Below, in pieces: positions 10,413-20,539 of a stretch of DNA of 64,000 nucleotides. Both the position numbers and the translations under genes were made by a program. The stretch lies in assembly GCA_965261345.1 (NCBI GenBank), contig OZ253449.1, positions 1,664,001 through 1,728,000 of the forward strand, given 5' to 3'. The DNA comes from Chloroflexota bacterium (GTDB taxonomy: Bacteria; Chloroflexota; UBA11872; VXNJ01). The notes under the pieces are model-generated. The model saw nothing but the letters and a program-made list of their open reading frames with translations, was not told the DNA's origin and ran no database searches. The stretch's first letter is position 1; each line of letters opens with the position of its first letter.

Positions 10413-10468
10413 GCGGTCCGGGCCCTCGCCCGCTATGAATTTGATCAGCTAGCGCGGATGGAGGACGT

Positions 10469-11158
10469 TTGATAAGGGTATTGCTGGCGATCGGCGCGAT
10501 TGCCCCGCTGCTGCTGGCGCTGCTGGCCAAACAGTACATCAATGCGGTTTATGAAGCTGGCCGCCAGGTTGTGGTGGCCTCCAACGTAACCGGGGGCGAG
10601 GCCGCCCACCTGCTCCTGCACGCCACCGGCAACATGCATATTCGGGTGGAGACCACCACCGGCCAGCTCACAGATCACTTTGACGCTGCCGCCGGCGTGA
10701 TCAGGCTCTCACCCAACACCCGCGATGAGGCCTCGATCGCCGCACTGGCCATCGTGGGGCACGAGATGGGGCATCTGGCCCAGTTCCAAATCGGATCCTG
10801 GCTCATGTACACCCGTAATGTACTGCTGCAGGCTGCCCAGATTGCGAGCGGAGTTGGAACTTTGCTGATGGCGCTTGGTCTGGCGGCCGCCCTGCTGCGG
10901 ATCGGGCCGGGCCAGTTTGCAATCGTCGGCGGATTCATCTCGCTCTTTCTCTCGGCCGCCTTCGCCGTCGTTACCATTCCGCTCGAATACGATGCCTCGC
11001 GTCGGGCCCTGCGCCTGCTAGTGGCCTCCAATCTGTTAACCGACGATGAAGTGCCGGGCGTTCGCCGGGTGCTAAACGCCGCCGCGCTCTCCTACGCGGC
11101 GTCGGCGATCATGGCCATCTCCCGCCTGCCACTCCTCCTGGGAAGGTTTTTTCGATAG
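10469..11158 (+). CDS. YugP-family membrane zinc metallopeptidase (copy 2)
   Basis: LTDHFD, GHEMGHLAQ, PLEYDASRRA, AALSYA; GGAGG at 10460-10464. Confidence 0.85.
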   Translation: MIRVLLAIGAIAPLLLALLAKQYINAVYEAGRQVVVASNVTGGEAAHLLLHATGNMHIRVETTTGQLTDHFDAAAGVIRLSPNTRDEASIAALAIVGHEMGHLAQFQIGSWLMYTRNVLLQAAQIASGVGTLLMALGLAAALLRIGPGQFAIVGGFISLFLSAAFAVVTIPLEYDASRRALRLLVASNLLTDDEVPGVRRVLNAAALSYAASAIMAISRLPLLLGRFFR

Positions 11159-11841
11159 CTCCGCTGCGAGAGAAACTCATCGCCCCGTCCATTCTGGCGG
11201 CCGATTTTTTAAATCTCGGCCGGGACATTGAGATGTGCGCTAAAGCGGATGCCGACCTGATCCATTGCGACGTAATGGATGGCCGTTTCGTACCGGCGAT
11301 CAGTTACGGGTCCGCAATCTGTGGCCAAGTTGCTGCGGCAAGCCGGCTGCCACTCGATGTACACTTGATGGTCGAGGATGTAGACGGCCAGATCGCGCAG
11401 GCGCTGGAATTTGGGCCGCGCTATATCACCTTCCATGCCGAGGCCGCCCGCGACCCGTTGGAGTTGGCGCAGGTTATCCGTCGCGGCGGATCGTTGCCGG
11501 GCCTGGCGATAAAACCGAACACCCCGTTTGCGACTATTGCGCCGATCGCCGACCGGTTCGAACTGATCCTGATCATGACGGTCGAGCCGGGTGCCGGCGG
11601 CCAGGCGTTCATGCCCGGGTGCCTGCCCAAGGTTGCCGAAGCCACAGATCGGCGCGCGGCATCTAGGGCAAATTACCTAATCGAGGTCGATGGTGGCATC
11701 GCAATGACAACGATCGCCGCCTGCTCGCAAAGGGGGGCCGATATTTTCGTGGCCGGTTCGGCCGTATTCGGCCAACGCTTAGGGATAGCCGATGCGATTT
11801 CCCAATTGCGGGCGATGGCTACCACCTCGAATGGTGGATGA
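11155..11841 (+). CDS. rpe: Ribulose-phosphate 3-epimerase (start inferred at non-canonical ATA 11155 or CTG 11164)
   Basis: In-frame IAPSILAADF lies upstream of the first ATG (11233); HCDVMDG, DVHLMV, MTVEPG, EVDGG, VAGSAVF. Confidence 0.93.
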   Translation: MAPLREKLIAPSILAADFLNLGRDIEMCAKADADLIHCDVMDGRFVPAISYGSAICGQVAAASRLPLDVHLMVEDVDGQIAQALEFGPRYITFHAEAARDPLELAQVIRRGGSLPGLAIKPNTPFATIAPIADRFELILIMTVEPGAGGQAFMPGCLPKVAEATDRRAASRANYLIEVDGGIAMTTIAACSQRGADIFVAGSAVFGQRLGIADAISQLRAMATTSNGG

Positions 11842-11873
11842 GAGACCGGATCTCTTCCAGCGGTTCGATTCGA

Positions 11874-11890
11874 CCGCCGGCACTCGGCGG
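11874..11890 (+). terminator. GC hairpin downstream of rpe (no U-tract)
   Basis: CCGCCG-GCACT-CGGCGG. Confidence 0.3.
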
Positions 11891-12225
11891 GCAACAGAGA
11901 TGCGTGGCGTCCGGTCAACTATTTCTGAAATTCACCGCCGGGGCGGCTCCCTCCGGGCGATGACAAGCGATCTCGAATCGGTCGGCTCTGCTTGCTCCGC
12001 CCAGACATCGCGTCTCCAGCTCAAGGAGCCGGGCGACCGGAGGCCATCGACCGCGGGTATCGGCTCTTGCGGCCAACGCTTGGCCAATCCTTAGGGACCG
12101 ACCGGCCAAGTGGGCCATCACGCTCTCAGCGATCACATTGGGTCGGCGATTGCCTCCTAAAATCGGCGCGCCTGGATTCGTGATTTGAGCTTCACGTTAG
12201 CGGTCAGGTTATTCGGAGGCTCAAA

Positions 12226-13887
12226 GTAAGCACTCAAAGCCGGGCGCAAGCGGGGGGCCAATCGCGCGCCAATGCCGGCCCGGCTCCCTCAATCAAAGCG
12301 GATTTTTCTCCGGTCCCCAGGCGCCAGGTCGTCTTTACGATGGGCGGCCTGATGCTCGCCCTTTTTCTGGCGGCGCTCGACCAGACGGTCGTTGGTACCG
12401 CCATTCCGCGGATCATTGCCGACCTGGGCGGGTTTGACCGCTTTACCTGGATCACAACCGCGTATCTGGTGGCTTCGACCACCGCGGTCCCCATCGCTGG
12501 ACGGCTCTCGGACCTCTACGGTCGCAAGACTTTTTTTCTGATCGGACTGCTCGTCTTCCTTCTCGGATCGGTGCTGACCGGCCTGAGTGAGACGATGGAC
12601 CAGTTGATCGCCTTTCGGGCGCTTCAGGGCATCGGAGGAGGGAGTATGATGGCGCTCTCCTTTACCGCAATTGGCGACCTGTTCCCGCCCCGCGAGCGCG
12701 GCAAATATCAGGGGATTGTTGCCGCCGTGTTTGGCCTCGCGTCGGTAATCGGTCCCACCTTGGGGGGATTTATCACCGACAACCTGTCATGGAACTGGGT
12801 CTTTTTCGTCAACGTGCCACTCATAGTGCTTGTAATCGCTCTATTCATTCGATTTTTCCCAAACATAAAACCCGAACGGACAAAGCGTCGCCTAGATTAC
12901 GCCGGAATGGCGCTGCTCGCCCTGGCGGTAACCCCGCTGCTGGTCGGCCTCTCGCTGGGCGGCGTGCAATATGAGTGGTTTTCGCTTCAGATCGTTGGCA
13001 TCCTCGCATTCGCGGCGGTCATTACCGCCGCGTTCATATTGGTCGAACGCCGGGCCGAAGATCCGATCATGCCGCTGAGCATCTACAACAACCGGGTGGT
13101 GAGCATCACGTTGCTGTCGGTGTTCATTACTGGTTTTGCAATGTTTGGATCAATCGTCTTCATTCCGCTGTTCTTCCAGGGCGTGCTCGGCGCATCGGCC
13201 ACTAGCAGCGGTTCATTCCTAACGCCAATGATGCTAAGTATCGTGGTGACCTCGGCGTTGTCCGGACAGGCCCTCTCGCGACTGGGCGGGCACTACCGCC
13301 TGCAGGGGTTAATCGGGATCGCGGTCATGGCGGTCGGGATGGTGCTCACATCGCAGTTGACCGCCACCACATCGTTTTTACAGGCGGTGCTGAGCATTGC
13401 CACCACCGGCGCCGGCCTCGGCATCACCTTCCCAACCTTTACGATTGCCGTCCAGAACTCCGTTCCAACCTCGCTTCTGGGGGCCGCGACCTCGTCGGTC
13501 CAGTTCTACCGGTCGGTGGGCGGCGCCCTGGGCTTGGCGGTGCTCGGGTCATTTATGGCCAATCGATTCGCAACCGGATTTAACGACTCGCTGCCGGCGG
13601 CGGTGCGGGAAGCGCTGCCGGCCGATCAACTGGCCGAGATGGCCAACAATCCCCAGGCGCTGGTAAATCCAGCGGCGCTAGACCTGCTGCTGGCGAGCTT
13701 TGCCAGCGCCGGCCCCCAGGGCCCCCAGGTCGTTGCCGAATTGCTGGGAGTGCTGCGCGGAGCCTTGGCTACGGCGATCGGCGACGTATTCGCGGTGGTG
13801 GCGGCAACCCTGGCCTTGGCATTCGTGGCAATGATCTTCCTTCGAGAAGTCCCGCTGCGTGGCTACGGTCCGAGCTCCCGGACCTAA
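12226..13887 (+). CDS. DHA2 (14-TM) MFS drug-efflux permease; start inferred at GTA 12226 (first ATG 12340)
   Basis: LAALDQTVVGTAIP, GRLSDLYGRK, FRALQGIGGG, GPTLGG, WNWVFFVNVP; GGAGG at 12215-12219. Confidence 0.9.
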   Translation, partial: VSTQSRAQAGGQSRANAGPAPSIKADFSPVPRRQVVFTMGGLMLALFLAALDQTVVGTAIPRIIADLGGFDRFTWITTAYLVASTTAVPIAGRLSDLYGRKTFFLIGLLVFLLGSVLTGLSETMDQLIAFRALQGIGGGSMMALSFTAIGDLFPPRERGKYQGIVAAVFGLASVIGPTLGGFITDNLSWNWVFFVNVPLIVLVIALFIRFFPNIKPERTKRRLDYAGMALLALAVTPLLVGLSLGGVQYEWFSLQIVGILAFAAVITAAFILVERRAEDPIMPLSIYNNRVVSITLLSVFITGFAMFGSIVFIPLFFQGVLGASATSSGSFLTPMMLSIVVTSALSGQALSRLGGHYRLQGLIGIAVMAVGMVLTSQLTATTSFLQAVLSIATTGAGLGITFPTFTIAVQNSVPTSLLGAATSSVQFYRSVGGALGLAVLGSFMANRFATGFNDSLPAAVREALPADQLAEMANNPQALVNPAALDLLLASFASAGPQGPQVVAELLGVLRGALATAIGDVFAVVAATLALAFVAMIFLREVPLRGYGPSSRT

Positions 13888-14237
13888 CCGACTCCCAGCG
13901 ACCCCGGCTCGTGATTGGCAGATCTACGCCTGCCGAAATGTTGTAGATAGGCGGGACGGATTGGCGATCTCATTGCGAGGCGATGGCAAATTGGATTGGT
14001 TGATCGGCCTTAACGGGCGGGACGATTTGCGGAATCGGAAAAGTCCGCAGGTTGCTTTCGGCGCTCGCAGTTGCGGTCAAGTCGGCCTGGCGGCACCCTA
14101 GAGTTGGCCTGCCCCCGGCGGGCGCATCAGCTCAGTCTGCGGCGATCTTTTCGGGTTCTTCGAAAGCGCCGGTTTCGGCTGTGTTCCAGCATTTGCCCGG
14201 CCCGGGATCGCCGGCCGCATTGATGTGGAGGTAGACC

Positions 14238-15194
14238 ATGCGGAAATGGGAAATTGACGCAGGTCGTTCTTTGCCGCGACCACCGCCCGACCGCTACTCC
14301 ACCCTGGTTACCAAGCCCTGTGACTTCGACCGGTTCTGGGAGGACGTGCTGGCGCAGGCCTCGCTCATCCCGCTGGATGCATCAGTGGAGCTGGATCGGC
14401 TCCGCTCGACCGCGGACGTGGAGGTGTACCAGGTCCGCTACTTGAGCCTGGACCGGATCCGGATATTTGGGTGGTACTGTCTGCCCAGGCGGCGCGTGGG
14501 CCGGCTCCCGGCCATCATCCAGGTTCCTGGCTACCTGATGGACCCGCCAATTCCGAAGGCACTGGCCAAAGAGGGATACGCTGCCTTCTTTGCGGCGCCG
14601 CGCGGAAAGGTGCGCAGTCGCAATCAGTTTGATCCGGGGTATCCCGGATTGCTCACCTACAGCCTGGGCGACCGTCACACCTACTCCTACCGCGGTTTCT
14701 ACGCGGACGTCTGGCGAATCGTTGATTTCCTGCTGCAGCGCGACGAGGTCGACTCCGCGCGAATCGGCGTCTCCGGACACAGTCAGGGCGGAGGCCTGGC
14801 CGTCGTCACCGCCGCCATGCGACCCGAGATCGCGGCCGCATCGGCAGGCGCCCCCTTCCTCTGCGGCTTCATTGATTCGATCTGGCTGACCGACACCTAC
14901 CCATATCGGGAAATAACCGACTACCTGCGGCTGCACCCCGAGCAGCAAGCGGCGGCCGAGGAGTCACTGGCCTATTTCGACGGAATCAACTTTGCCGACA
15001 AGATTTCCTGCCCCATCATCGTCAACATCGGGTTACAGGACAACGTCTGCCCGCCGGAGACCGGTTACGCATTGTTTGAGCGCATCGCCTCGCCGGACAA
15101 GCGCCTCTACGCCTACGACGGCCATGGCCACGATGCCAACCAGGCCGATCACGCGGCGATGGTGGATCGTTTTTTCGAAAAGCACCTCAAGTAA
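14238..15194 (+). CDS. Acetylxylan esterase / cephalosporin-C deacetylase (CE7)
   Basis: KPCDFDRFW, GHSQGGG nucleophile, GLQDNVCPP (Asp), GHGH (His); GGAGG SD. Confidence 0.88.
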   Translation: MRKWEIDAGRSLPRPPPDRYSTLVTKPCDFDRFWEDVLAQASLIPLDASVELDRLRSTADVEVYQVRYLSLDRIRIFGWYCLPRRRVGRLPAIIQVPGYLMDPPIPKALAKEGYAAFFAAPRGKVRSRNQFDPGYPGLLTYSLGDRHTYSYRGFYADVWRIVDFLLQRDEVDSARIGVSGHSQGGGLAVVTAAMRPEIAAASAGAPFLCGFIDSIWLTDTYPYREITDYLRLHPEQQAAAEESLAYFDGINFADKISCPIIVNIGLQDNVCPPETGYALFERIASPDKRLYAYDGHGHDANQADHAAMVDRFFEKHLK

Positions 15195-15204
15195 AGGAGG
15201 GGGT

Positions 15205-16122
15205 GTGGACGGCCAAACCCAGGAAAAACCCGCCGACTTTGGAGAGTACTGGCACGCGCTGCGGTGTGAACTGGCCGACCTGCCGGCGGCCCCGGAGTTG
15301 GACCCAATTGCCCTGCGCTCCACCGACTATGCCACCCTTTACGGCGTGCGGCTAACCTCCATCGGCCCTTATCGCATATTCGCGTACCTGAGCATCCCTA
15401 AGGGCGAAGGCCCTTTTCCGGCCCGGTACTATCTTCCGCGCTATGCCAGCGTGGTCGACCCGATACCGCAAGGTGCCCCCAACCGCCTTCGGGCCCGCTA
15501 TGTGACCTTTGCCCTCGGCGCGCGCGGCTCGCGGATGGCCGAGAGACCCTACAGCGCCGATATTCCCGGCCTCTATAGCGCCGCGATTACCGACCGCCGC
15601 TCATATATGTTTCGCGGAATCGTGGCCGATTGCTGCCGCGGTCTGGAATATCTGATTGCTCGTCCCGAGGTTGACCCCAGCCGGGTGGTGGCGATCGGTA
15701 ACGACCTGGCGCTAATTGCCGCCGCGCTTGGATCGCACGTTACCCATTTGGTCTGCAGTCCCGGGCTCTTCTACCGAGCAATTGAACTGGCCCGGGCGAC
15801 CACCGCGTACCCGCTCGAGGAATTGAGCGACTTCCTGCGGCTCCACCCGGAACAGCGCGATGCGGTAACTGAGACGCTAGGTTACTTTGACCTGCGCTGG
15901 TTTGCGCCACTGGTCAAATCGACCACCCTGCTGGCTGAGGCCGCACTTGGCGGGCCGGTGACCGCCAGGGCCTTGGAGCCGCTGATTGGACTCCTCGGAG
16001 GCGGTGGCGAGCTGCGGCCTTCAGCGCACTCCGCCTATAAGGACGGACTTTTCATCGAGGAGTGGATCACCCGCAAATTGGGGTTTGACGACCCAATTCT
16101 GCCAGAGCATTGGCGGCCCTAG
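15205..16122 (+). CDS. CE7 esterase-like paralog lacking the catalytic triad
   Basis: GTG start after AAGGAGG; KPADFGEYW, RGIVADCCRG, EVDPSR, YPLEELSDFLRLHPE align with the upstream paralog, but GxSxG is replaced by GNDLA. Confidence 0.8.
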   Translation: MDGQTQEKPADFGEYWHALRCELADLPAAPELDPIALRSTDYATLYGVRLTSIGPYRIFAYLSIPKGEGPFPARYYLPRYASVVDPIPQGAPNRLRARYVTFALGARGSRMAERPYSADIPGLYSAAITDRRSYMFRGIVADCCRGLEYLIARPEVDPSRVVAIGNDLALIAAALGSHVTHLVCSPGLFYRAIELARATTAYPLEELSDFLRLHPEQRDAVTETLGYFDLRWFAPLVKSTTLLAEAALGGPVTARALEPLIGLLGGGGELRPSAHSAYKDGLFIEEWITRKLGFDDPILPEHWRP

Positions 16123-16163
16123 CGAATCGGTCGCCAGGCCAGCGGCGTTAACTTAAAGGGAGG

Positions 16164-16394
16164 CTAAAGCCCCGCGGTGCCCACCTGATCGGTGGTCTTG
16201 GTGGTGGTGCGAATGCAGCGCGTGCAAATATTTAGGCGCTTGAAAACTCCGCCGATATTCATACGCCGGCGCTGTACGTTGGCTTTCCAGTGGCGCGGTT
16301 TTTTGGGCGCGCGGAATTTCCACTGACCCGAAGACTTGTGCCGGATGTGTCGACCGAACTGGCGGCCCTTGCCGCAAACATCACACTTGGCCAA
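16164..16394 (-). CDS. rpmB: 50S ribosomal protein L28
   Basis: TTG start, AKCDVCGK..WKANVQ..ICTRCIR; divergent from fakA. Confidence 0.93.
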   Translation of the reverse strand: MAKCDVCGKGRQFGRHIRHKSSGQWKFRAPKKPRHWKANVQRRRMNIGGVFKRLNICTRCIRTTTKTTDQVGTAGL

Positions 16395-16537
16395 AAAAAG
16401 ACCGTTAATCAATTGGAATTGAGGATGACTCGACCCACCTACCCGGCGTTGGCCGGCGGCGTTCCGATTCAGGGGTTGATCGCTGATGCGAAGCCACAGA
16501 GAATAATAGGCGATCGCCTCAACCGATTGGGCTTGCC

Positions 16538-18193
16538 ATGCCTGACCATAATTTCCCCGCCGATCGATCGGGTCGCCATGACGGTCGCGCCCTGTTGGCC
16601 GCGCTGTCGATGGCCCTGGGCTGGCTTGAAGCCAACATCGAACCGATCAACCGCCTCAACGTGTTTCCGGTTCCCGACGGGGATACCGGGACCAACATGT
16701 TCCTGACCCTGCGGTCGGGAGTGGACGCGGCTGGCAAACAAAATTCGCATTCGGCCGGTACCACCGCGCGCGCGGCCTATGAAGGGGCCCTGATCGGTGC
16801 GCGTGGAAATTCGGGGGTAATCCTCTCGCAAATCGTGCGTGGATTCTCGGTAGGCCTAAGCGGCCGTGAAATCATCGGCGTCGACCACGCCGCGGCCGCC
16901 TTTGTCGAAGCGGCCAGCGCCGGCTACGACGCCGTCGCCGCGCCGGTCGAGGGCACTATGCTAACGGTCGCCCGCAAAGCCGGCGAGGCTGCCCTTGACG
17001 CGGTTGCCACGAAGGATCTTGAACTGGAGCAACTGCTGGCGATCGTCTCGGATGCTGCCCGCCAGGCGGTGATTGAAACTCCGACTCAATTGGAAGTCCT
17101 GCGCCAGGCCAACGTGGTCGACGCGGGCGGCGAGGGCGTAGCAATCATTTACGACGGCCTGCGCATGTACTTTGCCGGCGAACAGCTGCCCGAAAGCGCG
17201 GTAGACAACCGCGACGAAGCAGCTTTTGCCGAATTTGCCGCCGAACACGCCGGTGACGAACACGGGTTCTGCACCCAATTCCTGCTCGATGGCGAAGGGT
17301 TCGACCTGGGCGCGATGCGCGCCTGGATGCAGGAGCATGCTGATTCAACCGTTGTAGTCGGTGACGAAACGCGCATCCGGGTGCACGTCCATACCGAGAT
17401 GCCCGGCGAAATCCTAAATTACGCGATCCCGATGGGGTCGGTATCACATGTCTCAATCGAAAATATGGATCTGCAGCAGGAAGCCCAGTTCGCCGCGATC
17501 AAAGGTTCTACCAGCCCGGCGCGGGCCGAACTGCCGCCGCCCGCGGCCGGATTGGTCGCGGTTGCCGCCGGCCCCGGATTCGTGCGCCTTTTTAGTGATT
17601 TCGGGGCAACCGTGGTCGAAGGGGGCCAGACAATGAACCCCTCGGTGCGGGAGATTGCCGCGGCAATCGAACGCAATCCGTCCAACGAGGTGGTTGTCCT
17701 ACCCAACAACAAGAACATAATCCTGGCCGCCAACGGTGCCCGCGACATTTCGCCCAAGCAGGTCGCCGTCATCGAGACGCGTTCGATCCCGCAGGGGGTC
17801 GCCGCCGTGCTTGCCTATGTTCCAACGTTCAAATTGGAGTCCAATCTGGCCGCCATGCAAGAAGCGGTCGCCGCCGCCATTTCGATCGAGGTCACCCGCG
17901 CCGTGCGCGATGCCACGATCGATTCGATCGCCATCGGCCGGGGCGAATACATGTGCCTGGTCGACGGCAAGCTGGTTGCCGCCAATGCGAACTACGAACA
18001 GGCGCTGCGCTCCGGCCTTGACGAGATCTCCAACCTGGATCCCGAAATCGTCTCGGTCTACTGGGGCGCGGACGCCACCCAGCAGCAGGCCGAAGGGCTG
18101 GAGGACCTGTTTGCCGCTGTCTGGCCGGAGGTTGAATTCGAATGCCTGCACGGCGGACAGGACCATTACGAATTCGTAATTGGCATCGAATAA
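16538..18193 (+). CDS. fakA: DAK2-domain fatty acid kinase subunit A
   Basis: LNVFPVPDGDTGTNM, GARGNSGVILSQ, VHVHT, GGQTMNPS, LPNNKN, GGQ. Confidence 0.92.
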   Translation: MPDHNFPADRSGRHDGRALLAALSMALGWLEANIEPINRLNVFPVPDGDTGTNMFLTLRSGVDAAGKQNSHSAGTTARAAYEGALIGARGNSGVILSQIVRGFSVGLSGREIIGVDHAAAAFVEAASAGYDAVAAPVEGTMLTVARKAGEAALDAVATKDLELEQLLAIVSDAARQAVIETPTQLEVLRQANVVDAGGEGVAIIYDGLRMYFAGEQLPESAVDNRDEAAFAEFAAEHAGDEHGFCTQFLLDGEGFDLGAMRAWMQEHADSTVVVGDETRIRVHVHTEMPGEILNYAIPMGSVSHVSIENMDLQQEAQFAAIKGSTSPARAELPPPAAGLVAVAAGPGFVRLFSDFGATVVEGGQTMNPSVREIAAAIERNPSNEVVVLPNNKNIILAANGARDISPKQVAVIETRSIPQGVAAVLAYVPTFKLESNLAAMQEAVAAAISIEVTRAVRDATIDSIAIGRGEYMCLVDGKLVAANANYEQALRSGLDEISNLDPEIVSVYWGADATQQQAEGLEDLFAAVWPEVEFECLHGGQDHYEFVIGIE

Positions 18194-20513
18194 GAATCCC
18201 CTCCCGCTTAACGTTTCCGACCTGGCCCGGATCCTTGCGGCCGAACTCGAAGACGGCTGCCGCGATCGACTGGTAGTTGGCGGCCTCGGCCAGCTGATTG
18301 AGAATTTAGCCGGGCGATTTGAGACCAGGGCGCTGGGCCCGCTTGCCGGTTACGGTCAACTTTCGCCCGACCGGCGCCGGGCGGCATTGACGGCAGCGCT
18401 TGGCGACCTGCCTACCACCGGGTCCCGACCGCGGACTTCGGCTTCGACGCAGTCCCCCCGAGCAGGCCGCACCAAGATTGGCCTGGGCAATCCGGTTGCT
18501 ACCCTGCCGCGGCTCTCGTCCAAGCAGCTGGACGAGCTGGCCGCGCGCGGCATTAACACCTGTTCCGACCTGCTGCAAGCGCTTCCCCGTGAACACCAGA
18601 ACCGCACCCAATACGAGGCGATCGCGCTTCTGCCGGCCGACGGTGCGGTCCAGATCCGGGGCGATGTGGTCAAGATAACTCGCGCCCGTCCGCGACCGGG
18701 ACTCAGCGTTACCAACGCGACCCTGACCGACGGCTCCGGGCGGGTCCAGGCCACCTGGTTTAACCAGCATTACCTGGCCGACACCCTAAGGGACCGTACC
18801 GGCGTGGCTTTCTATGGGCAGATGCGCGGCGGGAAATTGAACAATCCCGAGTATGAATTGCATCCGTCCGGATCGCTCAACGCCGGCAGAATCACTCCGA
18901 TCTACTCGCAAATTCCCGGGATATCGCAGAAGCAGCGTCGCAGTTGGGTCGCCCGTATCATCGCCGACGCCCTGCCGGGTCTGCCCGAACCGCTGCCGCC
19001 GAAGCTCCTGGCCGCGACGGACATGCCCGGGCGGGCGCAGGCGTTGGAGCATATCCACTTTCCACCCGACCCGGCAGCGCTTGCCCGGGCCGAGGCCCGT
19101 CTCGCCTTCGACGAGATTTTTTATTACCACCTCGAAGCCCAAATCCGCCGCCAGCGCTGGCGGCGGCAATCGACCAGCGATCCGATCCTGGGCGGAAGCG
19201 AAAACGTGCGCCGTTTTATTGCGGCCTTGCCGTTTGAGCTGACCGGTGACCAGCAGCAGGCGATCGCGCAGATCCTTGGCGACCTCGAGCGGCCCTATGC
19301 GATGCATCGGCTACTCCAGGGCGATGTCGGATCGGGCAAGACGGTTGTGGCCGCCGCGGCCCTGCTCGCAGCGGTTTCGTCCGGCTGCCAGGCCGCGATC
19401 ATGGCCCCCACCCAGATCCTGGCCGGGCAGCACCTCACAACGCTAGGGGAGCTGCTTGGAAACTTCGGCGTGCGCCTGGCGCTGGTGACCGCGGCGCTGG
19501 GACCGGCCGAACGAAAACGTCTCTGGCAGGCGGTGCAAGACGGTCTCTTTGACGTTGTGGTGGGGACCCACGCGCTGGTTAGTGAGTCGGCCGGATTTGC
19601 GAACCTGAATCTGGTAATAGTTGACGAGCAGCATCGGTTCGGGGTTCGTCAGCGGGCCAGCCTGCGCGGCAAGGGCGGCGGTAGTCCCCACACCCTGATC
19701 ATGACCGCCACCCCGATTCCGCGGACCATGGCGGGGGCCCTCTTTGGCGATGTCGAGGTATCCCAGATCGTCGAAATGCCCGCCGGCCGGGATCCCATAA
19801 CCACGATTCTGGCCAAGCCCGACCAGCGCTCGCGTGCCTATCAAACCCTTCTTGCCGAGGTCGCCGCCGGGGCCCAGGCGTATATCGTTTGCCCCTTGAT
19901 TGAGGCCTCGCAGGCGGTCCCGGCGCGGGCGGCCGAAGATGAATTCGAACGCCTGCGGGCCGGACCGCTCCGCTCGATCGCCGGACGGATCGGGCTGCTT
20001 CACGGCCAGTTGCCGGCCGACACCAAGAGTGCTCGAATGCAGGAATTTGCGACTGGTCAAATCCTGGTGCTGGTTACCACCTCGGTCGTCGAAGTCGGTG
20101 TCGACGTTTCCAACGCGTCGGTGATGATGATCGAGGGCGCCGAACGGTTCGGGTTGGCCCAGCTGCATCAGTTGCGGGGACGAGTGGGGCGTGGACGGCG
20201 ACAGAGCTTGTGCCTGCTCCTCTCCGACAGCGCCAGCGCCCAGGAGAACGAGCGTTTGGCGGCGATGGGCAACACCGCCAGCGGTTTCGAATTGGCTGAA
20301 ATCGACCTCAAATTGCGCGGCGCCGGCGAATTGCTGGGCACCCGCCAGAGCGGGTTCGATCCGGCGGTGATTAGGATGTTGGCGCACCCGGAACTTTCCT
20401 CCCGGGCCAGGCGTTGGGCGAAGGAAATTGGCAGCGCCGACCCCAATCTTGCCGGAAAAGAGCAGGCCTACCTGCGCCGGATCATCCAGCGCCGTTTGCG
20501 CCAGCGCCATTGA
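18180..20513 (+). CDS. recG: ATP-dependent DNA helicase RecG
   Basis: QGDVGSGKT, DEQHRFG, MTATPIPRT, QLHQLRGRVGRG, DLKLRGAGE. Confidence 0.96.
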   Translation: MASNKNPLPLNVSDLARILAAELEDGCRDRLVVGGLGQLIENLAGRFETRALGPLAGYGQLSPDRRRAALTAALGDLPTTGSRPRTSASTQSPRAGRTKIGLGNPVATLPRLSSKQLDELAARGINTCSDLLQALPREHQNRTQYEAIALLPADGAVQIRGDVVKITRARPRPGLSVTNATLTDGSGRVQATWFNQHYLADTLRDRTGVAFYGQMRGGKLNNPEYELHPSGSLNAGRITPIYSQIPGISQKQRRSWVARIIADALPGLPEPLPPKLLAATDMPGRAQALEHIHFPPDPAALARAEARLAFDEIFYYHLEAQIRRQRWRRQSTSDPILGGSENVRRFIAALPFELTGDQQQAIAQILGDLERPYAMHRLLQGDVGSGKTVVAAAALLAAVSSGCQAAIMAPTQILAGQHLTTLGELLGNFGVRLALVTAALGPAERKRLWQAVQDGLFDVVVGTHALVSESAGFANLNLVIVDEQHRFGVRQRASLRGKGGGSPHTLIMTATPIPRTMAGALFGDVEVSQIVEMPAGRDPITTILAKPDQRSRAYQTLLAEVAAGAQAYIVCPLIEASQAVPARAAEDEFERLRAGPLRSIAGRIGLLHGQLPADTKSARMQEFATGQILVLVTTSVVEVGVDVSNASVMMIEGAERFGLAQLHQLRGRVGRGRRQSLCLLLSDSASAQENERLAAMGNTASGFELAEIDLKLRGAGELLGTRQSGFDPAVIRMLAHPELSSRARRWAKEIGSADPNLAGKEQAYLRRIIQRRLRQRH

Positions 20514-20539
20514 AGTTGCTGGAATCGGGCCGTTAGGGA

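Noticed and set aside
11792-12183. Short ORFs between rpe and the MFS gene
   Set aside because: No recognisable motifs or SD; not called as genes.
14035-14052. GGAAAAGTCCG resembling the RNase P RNA CR-I motif
   Set aside because: No matching 3' CR-V motif (ACAGAAnnCGGCTTA) within range.
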